Source of the DNA: an uncultured Gemmatimonadaceae bacterium
GTDB taxonomy: Bacteria > Gemmatimonadota > Gemmatimonadetes > Gemmatimonadales > Gemmatimonadaceae
Assembly (NCBI GenBank): GCA_963829055.1
Contig: CAWHHI010000003.1
Location: forward strand, 128,001 to 192,000
Direction of reading: 5' to 3'
DNA length: 64,000 nucleotides
Shown here: piece after piece, positions 33,655-44,125 of the stretch
How positions within the stretch are numbered: the first letter of the stretch is position 1
How the letters are laid out: each line of letters begins with the position of its first letter
Notes under the pieces: generated by a model
Database searches by the model: none
Seen by the model: only the letters and a program-made list of their open reading frames with translations
Told to the model about the DNA's origin: nothing
Position numbers and translations under genes: made by a program

Positions 33655-33690
33655 CCCGATTGCTGCCTGCAGGTCGTTGCGCCGCCATCG

Positions 33691-34015
33691 TCGCGCCGGG
33701 CCGGTGGGGACTGCGATTGGGCGGATCTGTACTGCGAAACTAGCCGGATACACCTTTGCATTGAGGCACCATCGCGCCGCGACCAGGGGAACGGCGATCG
33801 GATGACGCGGAAGAAGCAGGATAGCGCCCGGTAGGGCCGGCTCCTCCCGCAACGAGCCGGGAATTCTTTGGAACGGCCGCTCGGGAGACTCCGGCGTCCC
33901 GAGCGGCCGTCCATTATTTCTCAGGGTCCGGCGAGAGCCAGCGTCGAATGCAAAGCAGGATCCGGCTGTTTTGCAGTTCATCCGCCCAATCGCAGTTCCC
34001 ACCGGCCCCGGCGCA
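33691..34015. mobile_element. MITE-like element, copy 2 (inverted relative to copy 1)
   Basis: Colinear with the reverse complement of 26294-26626, including CCGCAACGAGCCGGGA and GAACGGCCGCTCGGGAGACTCC.GCGTCCCGAGCGGCCGT. Confidence 0.7.
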
Positions 34016-34037
34016 ACGGACAGCGTCGAAACACGCG

Positions 34038-34313
34038 TTAGGTGCCGGCCGGGCGCCGACCTCGGAGGCGCTCGTAGAGTCTCGCAATGATCGGAGTCAC
34101 GAGGATCGTCGCCCCAATACGGATCGGCTGCGTCAGCTTCGTCGCAATGTAGGCGGCTGTGAACGCGCCCACACTCCCGGCCGTGCTGGAAGGGCGCCAT
34201 CCGAACCGGATGCCCAACCAGAATCCACCGAGCACGGCGAAGAAGATCACGAAGTACACGATGACGGCTACCGTGCCGTACTCGGTCAACAGCTTTTGAA
34301 CAGTCTTTTTCAC
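34038..34313 (-). CDS. Small membrane protein, DUF1279/FAM210-like
   Basis: KLL.EYG.VA...YF.I...; G.FTAAY..TKL.QP.RIGAT...TP.IAR pattern. Confidence 0.6.
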   Translation of the reverse strand: MKKTVQKLLTEYGTVAVIVYFVIFFAVLGGFWLGIRFGWRPSSTAGSVGAFTAAYIATKLTQPIRIGATILVTPIIARLYERLRGRRPAGT

Positions 34314-34389
34314 GGGATGGAATCGATCGGGGCGGCCCAGGGGACGCGGGTAAGATAGTCACCGCCACCGATTCCCGATTCCCGACCAA

Positions 34390-34700
34390 CTACTCGAGTC
34401 GCAGTGCCGCGATCAGATCCGCCCTCGTCGCCCTACGTGCTGGAACGACACACGCCGCCAACCCAGCGAGCGTCAACGTGATCGCCACGCCGATGAATAC
34501 CGCCGGGTCGGTCGGACCGCACGCGGGCGGCGAGATTCATGACGCCGGTCCCGAATCCCGCGTTAGGCCGTGCATCGCAAAATACATGAGGTCCGGGGCC
34601 GTCACTCGCCTGACCGTACACGCGGACGTCAGCGACGACACCAATGATCTCGCCCGTGAATGGCTTGCCGAAGTCGACGACCAGCCGTTTTCCCGATCGG
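34390..34700 (-). pseudogene. Internally deleted remnant of an ADOP permease
   Basis: GKRLVVDFGKPFTGEIIGVVADVR...MNLAARVR joined directly to the extreme C-terminus PTDPAVFIGVAITLTLAGLAACVVPARRATRADLIAALRLE*. Confidence 0.75.
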
Positions 34701-34952
34701 GGTCGCACCAAGCGCGGCGTCATCCGGGTGACGCCTTGCGCCGCGTTAGGCCGACGCGTCCCGGAAGGGTGCCGTAGTGCTCGAGGGACCGGCGAGCCTA
34801 TGCGAACCGCTCGACAGGCGATCCTACAGAGGGTCCAACTCAACTGCTGCGGCTGCCAACGAACCCTCAGATTCGGGCTTTGTTTGGTACGAGTTCTGCA
34901 ATCCTACCCGGTCCGCGATTCCAACAATTCGTATGCGACGTAGGAGGAAGGG

Positions 34953-35186
34953 ATGAGCACGAATCGCTCGAACCAGGCCGGGCAGCAGCAGGCTGACGAT
35001 CAGTCGAACACGATCAAGGACCCTAACGAGTGGACGACGGGCGACGAGCCGATGACCGGCGCCCAGCGCTCATATCTCAAGACGCTGTCGGACGAAGCGA
35101 AGGAGCCGTTCGACGAGAATCTCACGAAGGCTGACGCGTCGAAGCGGATCGACGAGCTGCAGGATAAGACGGGGCGCGGAAAGTAA
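34953..35186 (+). CDS. DUF3072 domain protein
   Basis: KDP.EW.TGDEPMTGAQ.SYLKTL..EA.E.FDE.LTKA.ASKRIDELQ; AGGAGG RBS. Confidence 0.88.
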   Translation: MSTNRSNQAGQQQADDQSNTIKDPNEWTTGDEPMTGAQRSYLKTLSDEAKEPFDENLTKADASKRIDELQDKTGRGK

Positions 35187-35216
35187 GGGCCGCCGCGCGC
35201 GACGACCACGCTCGTG

Positions 35217-35263
35217 GAAAAGATCACGGGCCGCCGGATTTCTCGGCGGCCCGTGATCTTTTC
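35217..35263. terminator. Bidirectional intrinsic terminator
   Basis: 20-bp perfect arms GAAAAGATCACGGGCCGCCG / CGGCGGCCCGTGATCTTTTC between convergent genes. Confidence 0.85.
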
Positions 35264-35300
35264 GTGACTCGCGCGGCGCCGTTAGGCGCCGGTTTGCCGA

Positions 35301-36776
35301 CTACTTGCCCTGCATGTTGAACGAGTTCGAGGTGAGCACCTGCGCGCCGGCGAAGTCAATCTTGCCGGTCGTCGCGTTCACCAAAGCGACCTGGAAGGCG
35401 ACGTTGTAACCACCGGCCTTCGTCAGGTAGACCTCGTCGAATGAGGCGATCCCCGTCGACTTTCCGGTAATGGGGTCGGCGGCAACGTACCGCGTTGCTG
35501 TCGGGGCCGGGGCGCCGTTCTTTCCATCCTTGAAGTAGGCGATAACGCTGCTGTTTCCGACGACGGAGATGGCAACCGGCGTTCCGACTGCAGCGTTCAC
35601 AGGGATCTTGGTGATCCCGTCCGCGGCGCACCGAGTCCACGGTCACTCTGATCGTCACTGCACTGCCGCCGCTGTATTTGCAACGGCTTCGACGTCTGCC
35701 CATCGGCAATGGTGCCCAGGCCACTGAGCAAGTACTGCGACAGGTCGTAAACAGCGCTCGGGCTGAGGCTTCCGAGGTCCCTGCCAACGAGACCGGCGAA
35801 CAGCGGCGTTCAACTCCTGCGGAGCGAAGTAATGCACCGCGCGTCGCGCCAACCCAATCGGATTCAAGGCCGCGTAGACTGACGACGACGAGGTATCAAG
35901 GATTGCGCTCGGGCCGGGGATGCACGACGGGGAAGCTCAAGGCCCCGAACTCACCAGCGTGATTAACGCGGCTACCTGCTGGCGCGTCGATTCCACACAG
36001 TCCGATCTTGAGCGACATGGTGAACGTCGGAGCTGATCATCGGAATGCTCCGGTGATCGAACGAGCTGCCGAACTTCGCGGGAACGGCGGTGGTGCTAGT
36101 CTGGTAGCCGTAGATGAAGACGCGCTTCAGGCTGAGTTGCCGAGTGTCCCGCCGATGGAAGCAGCCCAGTCGGGCACGCCCGCGACACTGACTCCCGGCT
36201 GGAGGACCCAGAATGTGCTCGAACCGACCGCCTGCTTGTTACGCTCGAAGATGCCGGTAGCGTCGGTGTTCTGTGCCGCGGACTTCGAACGCCCAGTGAC
36301 TGCCCAGCGCTCAGGCCAAACGCCACCGCCACCTGGCGGCGTCGGCTCCAGTGCGTCAGCGGTGAATGCCGACTCCGTACAGAGGAGGAAGCCTTTTACC
36401 AACCGGTCGAAGATCAGCGCGGTGACGTCTGAACTTTGGTCAGCTGTGCCGCGGATCGCGGCGATTCGCGAAAGGCCATCGAGGGCCTTGTTCGTCGCCA
36501 CGCGGGTATACCCGTTCTTCGACACCTCGGCGCCAAGGTCGCCGGCAATCGTAACCAGTGCATCGTTCGATTTCTTGGCATACGCCCTGGCGTCCGACTT
36601 GAGCTGGGTGGCGTCGCACGAGCCGGTGAGCCAGATGGCCGCGCCGGAGGAGTCCCTACTGCAAGACTCGGCCGTATCGGGTTCACGGCGGTCGGCGCCG
36701 AGGCTGGCTGATCGCTGCACGCAACGAGTGCCGCACCAGCAGCAAGGGCAAGTCCAGTTCGCAGCAGGGGTCGCAT
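35301..36776 (-). CDS. Hypothetical lipoprotein (several indels)
   Basis: MRPLLRTGLALAAGAALVAC lipobox; plausible coding segments in ORFs 36127..36837 and 35301..35600 (beta-rich C-terminus ending NSFNMQGK). Confidence 0.55.
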
Positions 36777-36885
36777 GGGTTCCTAATAGAGAGAGTGTTA
36801 CTAGACGACAGCGCGCGGCGACAGATGAATGACACATCTGTCGCTACGCACCGGATAAACATACGCTAATCCGGTCAGCCGTCGG

Positions 36886-39463
36886 TTAGTTCGGCGGCTT
36901 TACGAGTGCCTGGTAGCGAGGATCTGAGCGAAGGTCCTGCAACCACCACGATTTGTCGTTCGCCGCGAATGCCCGCTGGTTCGGGTTGGCGGCGTAGGTA
37001 CTTCGCGATCGAGCTCCAGCGCTGACTCCTTGTCACCCGCCTGCGCGTAAACAGTCGCAGCGATATTCATGAGCTCGCCAGTCGGATCAACCTGGGAATC
37101 ACCCTGCGACGTCGCCGCCAGTGCCTTGGCGCTATCGAGCTGGTTGGCCCGCACGAGCGCCAATGCAACCATCAGCTTTCCCTTCAGCTTGTAGAATTCC
37201 TGTCGATTGGGTGGCGCCATCTGAACAATCTGCTCGTACGTTTTCCAGACGTCCGCCATGTCGAACTTGGGACCGGGCAACGTGTACAGCCAGCAGCTTG
37301 CACTCTGTGAGGAGGAAGTTGTCCGGGAACCGACGGTTCCCCTCGTTGCACCAACGAACCGCCTCGTCGCGAAGGCCGAGGTCGGCCGACGCGCCAAAGA
37401 GTCTGTACGATGGTGCGATCGACGTCGGTGAGGTAGGGATCGGCGTTCAGAGCCTCCTCCGCAGCGAGCTTCGCCTGCGAGAGCTGCTGCTTGTTGAACA
37501 GGAGGTGGCTCAACACGTTCCAGGCGCGTGGCGCGCCGTTGATCGGCGGCGATCGATGCCCTCAGGTCCTGCTCGGCGGAAGCCAGCAGCGCATTTGCGG
37601 CCGTGGGGTTCGGCGTGAGGTTGTTCAGCCACTGCCAATAGTGAAGCGTGCCTCGCGCCTCGATGGCGTCGGCGTCGCCGGGCGCCTTCTTGAGCGCGCG
37701 CTCGGCGTGCGCCAAACCCGGCATCGATGGTCTTGCGAAGTTCTCGTCCGAAGCGCCAATGAGGCGAGCCGTTCGGTACGCGAGCCACGCGCGCGCGACA
37801 ATCGGTTCGCGCCAGTTCTCGTCCAGAGCCTCGACTTTCGCGAGCGCCGAATCGGCGCTCGCCGATCTTCTGCAGTGCCGACGGGACATCACGCGCCTTG
37901 ATCAAGCGCGTCGACTTCACGCGTCGTCTGCCGGGCGCGCTGCATGGCGTCCCACGCGGCGGCATTTCGCGTCCCCGCCTTGCTGACGAGCTCCTGAATC
38001 TCGAGCCCGACGCGCTTCCTCAGGAACAGGGACACGTCGTGCGCGAGCGAGATCCTGCAGCTCGAGCAGGCTTATCCGGTGACTGCTCGATCTTCGTGTT
38101 GGCGCAGCTGGTCACCGCGTCAGCGCGTCAACGAGCCGGACCTCCACCCTGAGCCGCCCGTCGCTCGCCGGCGTCACGATGCCGCGTCACGAGCGTCCCG
38201 ACCTTGAGGACCTTCGCGACGCTGTCAGGCCGCGGCGACGTCCCTTTGAACGGCGCCACGCCGTTTCCGGAAATGACCTTGAGCTGTTGCACCGCGCTCA
38301 GCTCGTTGATGAGCGCTTCGGTGATGCCGTCAGCGATGTGCTGCACCTGCTTCCCGGGGCTCCGGTCATCGAAGTACAGCACCGCGATGTTGCTCTTCGC
38401 GTAATCGCCAGTGAGCCCTTCCGGCGGTGACGTGCCTTGCGTCTTCTGCCACGCGAACCAGCCACCGGCCGCCAGCAGCGGCACCGCCACGGCGGCGGCG
38501 ATCATCGCGGTCTTCTTTTTCTTCGCTCCGTCGCCTAACGACGGAACCTCGACCGTCCCGGCCGCGATCGCGTTCTGCCGGATGCTGTCGCGCCGACGCC
38601 GCGCCGCGCCATCGCTGTCCACCAGCGCGGCGCTGAAGTCGGTGGCCGAGCGGAAGCGATCCGCCGGGCACCTTCGCCATCGCGCGGACGATCGCGTCCT
38701 CGACCGCATCCGGCACCGTGCCGCGCACGATCTTGAGACTCGGCACGTTGTCGAGCGAATGCCGCGCGAGCAGCGCCATCGCCGTCGGACCGGTGAACGG
38801 CGGCTGACCGGCGAGCATCTCGTACGTCACGCAGGCGAGGCTGTAAATGTCGCTCTCGGGCGTGACGTCCTTGCTCCCCATCGCCTGCTCGGGCGACATG
38901 TACGTCGGCGTGCCGACGGCCATGCCCGTTCGCGTCAGCGTCTCGCCGCCGGCGACCGAGACGGCGCGAGCGATGCCGAAATCGGCGACGAGGGCGCCCG
39001 TCTCATCGAGCAGGATGTTCTCCGGCTTGATGTCGCGATGGATGACGCCCTTGGAGTGCGCGTACGCGAGCGCGTCCGCGACCTGCTGCGTGATCGAGAA
39101 TCGTGTCGTCGACCGAGAGCTGCTTCTCGCGATTCAACTTGTCGCGCAACGTGGCGCCGTCCACGAACGGCATCACGTAGTACAACACGCCGTCCGCCTG
39201 CCCCGAGTCGAGCACGCCGACGATGCGCGGGTGCTGGAGCACGGTGCCGACGTCGATCTCGCGTAGGAAGCGTTCCATGCCGAGCGTGACCGCGAGCTCC
39301 GGCAACAGCACCTTCACCGCGACGTACCGGTCTCTGCGTTAGGTCACGAGCGAGGTAGACGGTCGCCATTCCTCCACGTCCCGAGCTCGCGCTCGAACGC
39401 GTAGCGCCCGGCGAGGGCGTTCTGGAGGGTCGACAGCGATATGTTGGAAGTCGTCGCTTCCAC
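36886..39463 (-). CDS. Hanks-type Ser/Thr kinase with TM, TolB-N-like and TPR regions (many indels)
   Basis: LAGRY..ERELG.GGMATVYLARDL, ERFLREI, HP.IV, HRDIKPENILL, DFGIARA, GTPTYMSPEQA, SDIYSLACV.YEMLAG.PPF, SNIAVLYF, ADGITEALI..LS. Confidence 0.85.
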
Positions 39464-39661
39464 GGATCCCTCGAACGAACGCAACGACGCAAACATACGA
39501 TTCCACGGAATATCACGAACAATCCGTGGCGCCGGTCACAGTGCCCGACAGATTACACCAATCTTACCATTTGTTCCTACTATATAGGGCATGGGACGCC
39601 GAGACGGCTAGGGATACCCTGCGCCTCGCGCGTTTCCAGAAGCAGAGCTCGGCTGGCGGCG

Positions 39662-41259
39662 TTAGTCACCGAGCCGCGGCGGTTTTCTCCACTGAGTCGC
39701 CTGCTCGTACGCGTACGCCAGGCGGATCAGCGTCTCCTCCGCCCACGGGCGTCCGAAGAACTGGAGCCCAGCGGGCAGGACACCGCGCGTGTATCCCATC
39801 GGCACCGTGACCGCGGGAAAGCCCGTGCTTGGTGAGAAGAGCTGACTGTTGTCGCCAGCCGGAGTGTTGAGGTCGCCGATGAGACGCGGTGGGTTGCTCC
39901 ATGTTGGATAGACGAACGCGTCGAGCCGATTCGCGTCCATGACGCGAAGCACCGCAGTACGGAGGCCTTCGCGGAACCGGTCGCGCGCCGCACAGCCGGG
40001 ATTACGCGTCAGGCGGAAGTGACTCGGCCTGCGCGGCGGTCAACCGAACCTCGATCGACGGGTGAAAGCGACGCGACTTGATGAGGTCGGCAAGTGTCTT
40101 CACTGGCAGCGTCGTATCATTTCGCGACGCGAGGAACCCATCGAAGTCGAACTTGAACGGGTTGCAGCCCGCCGCTCTGTGCGCGACGGAGCGAGTCGAG
40201 CTCGGGGATGACCACGGAATCGATTACCGTGGCGCCGCGCGCGCGCAGCTCCGCGACCGCGCGACCGAACACCCGGACGACTTCCGTGTCCGTGGTGGCC
40301 GTCAGGTACGCCTGGGGTAACACGCCGATCCGCGCGCCCTGCAGACCGTCACGTCGCAGCGCCTTCGCGTAGTCGGGCACCGCGCGATTCCGGCTCGGTT
40401 CAGTGGCCGCATCGTTAGGGTCGTAGCCGGCAACGACCTGGAACACGGCCACGGCATCGGTGACGGTGCGCGCCATCGGGCCGGCGATATCCGACGCGAG
40501 GTTGAGCGGCACGACGCCGGCACGACTCGTTAGGCCCATGGTGGAGCGGATGCCGACCAGCGCGTTGTGCGCCGACGGGCCGCGGATGGAGTTGCCCGTG
40601 TCCGTCCCGAGCCCGACGACGCCGAAGCTCGCGGCCACGGCGGCGCCCGTCCCGCCACTCGACCCGGCCGTCACGCGGTCGAGTGCATACGGATTCTTCG
40701 TATAGCCGGGCAGGATCGAGCTCACCGTCTCGACCGGCGAGAACGCGAGCTCCGCCATGTTCGACTTGGCGAGGACAATCGCGCCGGCGTCCTCGATCCG
40801 CTTCACCATCGTGGCGTCTTCGCGCGGCGTCCACCCCCGCAGCGCGAGCGATCCGGCGGTGGTCTGCAGGCCGGCCGTCTGGTAGTTGTCCTTCACGATC
40901 ATCGGCACGCAGTGCAGTGGCCCCACCAGCGTGCGCGTCGCGGCGAATCGCCGGTCGAGCGAGTCGGCGATCGCGAGAGCTTTGGGATTCGTGACGACGA
41001 TCGCGTTGATCGCGGGCCCGCGCTTGTCGTACGACTCGATGCGCGCGAGATACCCGGCGACAATGGCGTGGCACGTGGTGCTGCGCTGCCGGAGCGCTGC
41101 ATGCACGTCCGCGATGGTCGCTTCCGCAAAGCGGAATGCCGGACGTGCCTGTTGAGCCTCCGCGTGTCGTGGCACACTTACCAGAACGCTCACGAGAGCG
41201 GCGATGAGTGCGGCGGCGAGCGCGAGACGGCGAGGCGTGTTGGTGGTGGCGATATGCAT
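39662..41259 (-). CDS. Amidase signature family protein with signal peptide (frameshifts near 40170-39960)
   Basis: [37 protein letters not shown]-terminal [11 protein letters not shown]...[26 protein letters not shown]. Confidence 0.9.
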
Positions 41260-41410
41260 ACGAGGCGGTTGTCGGCCGAAGCGGGTCGGTACGAAAGCTG
41301 CCGACCGAGCGAATCCTGCCACAAGAGCGCGCCCCGCAAGAGTGCACGCGAGTGCACGCGAGTGCACGCTGCTCTTCCATCCTGTCTCGCGAGTCACCAT
41401 TACCACAGAG

Positions 41411-42316
41411 ATGTTCGATATCTCGCAAGCGTGGGCGACAATTCAGCGCCTCGCGAACGGCTTCATGGCCATGCTGCCGCGATTCATTCTCGCGGTGTTG
41501 CTGGCGTGGGGCTTCACGTTCGTCGGCCGTCTCGCGCGTCGCCTGGTCGAGCGCGGGACGGCGCAGCGGCGCGAGCATCGCACGCTGCAGATCGCGCTCG
41601 GCCGACTCGTGCAGGCGGCGATCGTCGTCGTCGGACTGCTGGTCGCCGCGACCGCGGCATTCCCGACTTTCACGATGGCAAACCTCGTCGGCACGCTCGG
41701 CGTCGGGGGCGTGGCAATCGGGTTCGCGTTCAAGGACATCTTCCAGAACTTTCTCGCCGGGATCCTGCTCCTGTTGACGAAGCCGTTCACCGTCGGCGAT
41801 CAGATCATCTTCAAGGATTTCGAGGGCACGGTCGAGGACATCCAGACGCGCGCGACGTATCTCAAGACGTACGACGGCCGGCGTGTGGTGATTCCGAACT
41901 CCGATCTCTACATGAACGCGGTGACGGTGAACACCGCGTTCGCCATTCGCCGCGTGGAGCACGACGTCAGTATCGCGATCGAGGACGACGTCGACGAGGC
42001 GAAGCGGTCGATGCTCGGCGTGATGCGCGGGGTCGACGACGTGCTGCGGGATCCCGGGCCGGACGTCCTCGTCGTGGGCATTGGCGATTCGACGGTGAGC
42101 CTGCGCGCGCGATGGTGGGCGAACTCGAAGCTGCCTGACGCGCTCATCGCCCAGGACCGTGTGCTCGCCGGCATCAAGTCACGACTGCAGGCGGACGGGA
42201 TTCATCTCACCGGGCCAAAGGACGACTCCACTGTGGCAACCGTGGCCGTGCAGGCGACAGGAACCGAGGGGACGAGCAGTGAAGCGGGCGAGGATGGCAG
42301 TACGAGTAGGGGGTAG
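41411..42316 (+). CDS. mscS: Small-conductance mechanosensitive channel
   Basis: LGVGGVAIGFAFKDIFQNFLAGILLL..KPF.VGD.I, GTVEDI..RAT.LKT.DGRRVVIPNS. Confidence 0.9.
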   Translation: MFDISQAWATIQRLANGFMAMLPRFILAVLLAWGFTFVGRLARRLVERGTAQRREHRTLQIALGRLVQAAIVVVGLLVAATAAFPTFTMANLVGTLGVGGVAIGFAFKDIFQNFLAGILLLLTKPFTVGDQIIFKDFEGTVEDIQTRATYLKTYDGRRVVIPNSDLYMNAVTVNTAFAIRRVEHDVSIAIEDDVDEAKRSMLGVMRGVDDVLRDPGPDVLVVGIGDSTVSLRARWWANSKLPDALIAQDRVLAGIKSRLQADGIHLTGPKDDSTVATVAVQATGTEGTSSEAGEDGSTSRG

Positions 42317-42326
42317 CTATTCAGGG

Positions 42327-42575
42327 CAACGGCAACTGCAACTGCATGACAGGATTGGCAGGATGGACAGGATTGAACAGAGGCTCCGTGCCACACGCAG
42401 GGCCCCTCCCGCAACGAGCCGGGAATGAGGGGAACGGCCGCTCGGGACGCCACTATCTCTGAGATGTGTTCCCCCAGTCGTTAGGCCCCAGCGACGCGCT
42501 CCCCGACGCCGAGGCAGTCATCTTCTCAATCCTGCCAATCCTGGCCATCCTGTCTTGCAGTTGCGGTTGCCGTTG
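42327..42575. repeat. About 50-bp inverted arms (CAACGG/CAACTG hexamers plus CAGGATTGG-type nonamers) enclosing a fragment of the MITE-like core
   Basis: 42327-42376 is the near reverse complement of about 42525-42575; CCTCCCGCAACGAGCCGGGAA..GGAACGGCCGCTCGGGACGCC at about 42404-42452. Confidence 0.7.
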
Positions 42576-42687
42576 TCGTGCGTGGCGAACAGTTCGGTGA
42601 TGACGACGCAAAGCCCCCGCGCTGCCAGGCAGCGCGGGGGCTCGGTCCTTCCCGGGTCCCTGTTCCCGGTTCCCTGTTCCCTGTTCT

Positions 42688-43566
42688 TTATCGTCCCAAA
42701 CTTCCGAACGTATCGCACGAGTTCGGGTTGCCGCTCTCCATGCCGCGCCGGAACCACTGCGCGCGCTGCGCCGCCGAGCCATGCGTGAACGTGTCCGGGC
42801 GAATCCGGCCCGTCTGCTGCGCCTGGATGCGGTCGTCGCCCACCGCGGACGCCGCGCCAAGGGCCTCGTCGACGTCGCCCTCCTGCAGGAGCTTCCGTTG
42901 ACTCGTGCTGTTCGCCCACACGCCGGCAAAGCAGTCCGCCTGAAGCTCGAGCGCCACCGACATCTGGTTCGCTGAACCCGGGCGGGACTCCTGCAGCTGG
43001 CGCACGCGCTGCTCGATGCCGAGCAGGTGCTGGACGTGGTGGCCGAGCTCGTGTGCGATCACGTAGGCCTGGGCGAAGTCGCCGGGTGCGCCGAAGCGCT
43101 TCGCGAGCTCGTCGAAGAAGCTGACGTCGAGGTAGACCCGCTGATCGACCGGGCAATAGAACGGACCGACGGCCGCCGGGGCGTCACCGCATCCGGTCTG
43201 CACGCCATCCCGGAAGACGGCGAGGCGCGCATCATGGTACTGCTCGCCCCCTACCTTGGGCAGCAGCTGCGTCCACGTCTGCTGCACATCGTCGAGTATG
43301 AACGACACGAACTGCACGCGCTTTTCCTCTTCGGGCGTGCTGTTGACGGGCTGCTGGGCTTCGCCCGGCGCGGTCTGCTGCGGCACGGGAGCGCCGCCAC
43401 TGCCGCTCCCGTCGAAGATGTTCACGCCGAACACGGCGCTCAGGATCAGCGCGATGATCGCGCCGCCGATTCCCATGCCGCGTCCGCCGATCATTCGCCC
43501 GCCGCCGCCCGTCTGCCCGCGGAGGTCATCGAGATTCTTGCTAGGCCCACCGGGTGTCCAGCGCAT
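42688..43566 (-). CDS. ypfJ: Neutral zinc metallopeptidase (YpfJ family)
   Basis: GPFYCP.D..VYLD.SFF.EL..RFGAPGDFAQAYVIAHE.GHHVQ, ELQADC.AGVW, AVGDD.IQ, FTHGS..QR..WF..G. Confidence 0.93.
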   Translation of the reverse strand: MRWTPGGPSKNLDDLRGQTGGGGRMIGGRGMGIGGAIIALILSAVFGVNIFDGSGSGGAPVPQQTAPGEAQQPVNSTPEEEKRVQFVSFILDDVQQTWTQLLPKVGGEQYHDARLAVFRDGVQTGCGDAPAAVGPFYCPVDQRVYLDVSFFDELAKRFGAPGDFAQAYVIAHELGHHVQHLLGIEQRVRQLQESRPGSANQMSVALELQADCFAGVWANSTSQRKLLQEGDVDEALGAASAVGDDRIQAQQTGRIRPDTFTHGSAAQRAQWFRRGMESGNPNSCDTFGSLGR

Positions 43567-43950
43567 CGTTGTGCCTCGACTCGTTCACAGTGAACCCTGC
43601 CATAATGCAGGAGCCGAGCCGCAATTTCCGGAATCCTTCGCGGACGAGCTCGACGGTGTTTGATGGTGTCGACCGCGTCCCGGGAGTGCAAGGAGACCGT
43701 CGCGCGGCGACGGACGGCGCTCTTGCCCGTCGCGACAGCGTTCGCCGTTGCCAATGCTGGCAACAGGGCCGGCTTCGCCTGCTATCGACATCCAACCCGC
43801 AATCCAGAAGCGCTCGACGCCAACAGCTCGACGCTCGGGTGTCGCGTTAGGCGCGACTGTCGGGCTCAGCCGGACGCGTCGATGCATCATCGCATGATCG
43901 CTGCCCGCCACTGCTGCTGCGCGGTTCATCAACGGGCCTTTCAGCACGTG

Positions 43951-43982
43951 TTGACGCCTCACGATACACGTACTTAGTATCG
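43951..43982 (+). promoter_or_regulatory. Putative sigma70 promoter with overlapping inverted-repeat operator upstream of susC
   Basis: TTGACG at 43951, TAGTAT at 43975 (18-nt spacer); CGATAC-N9-GTATCG at 43962-43982. Confidence 0.45.
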
Positions 43983-44125
43983 CCCATCCAGGCGGCGTGC
44001 CGGCGCGATCTGTGCTGTGCCGCTTGATGAGAATCGCGAGCTGAGTCGCGAAATGGCCACGCTTGCGTCGTTCGCGTGAGGCGGCGCAGCGATGGCGTCC
44101 ATGTACGCCTTGGAGGAGCTTACCC

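Noticed and set aside
43567..44125. Riboswitch in the long leader before susC
   Set aside because: I could not identify cobalamin, TPP or other aptamer consensus motifs; an Rfam/Infernal scan would be needed to exclude one.
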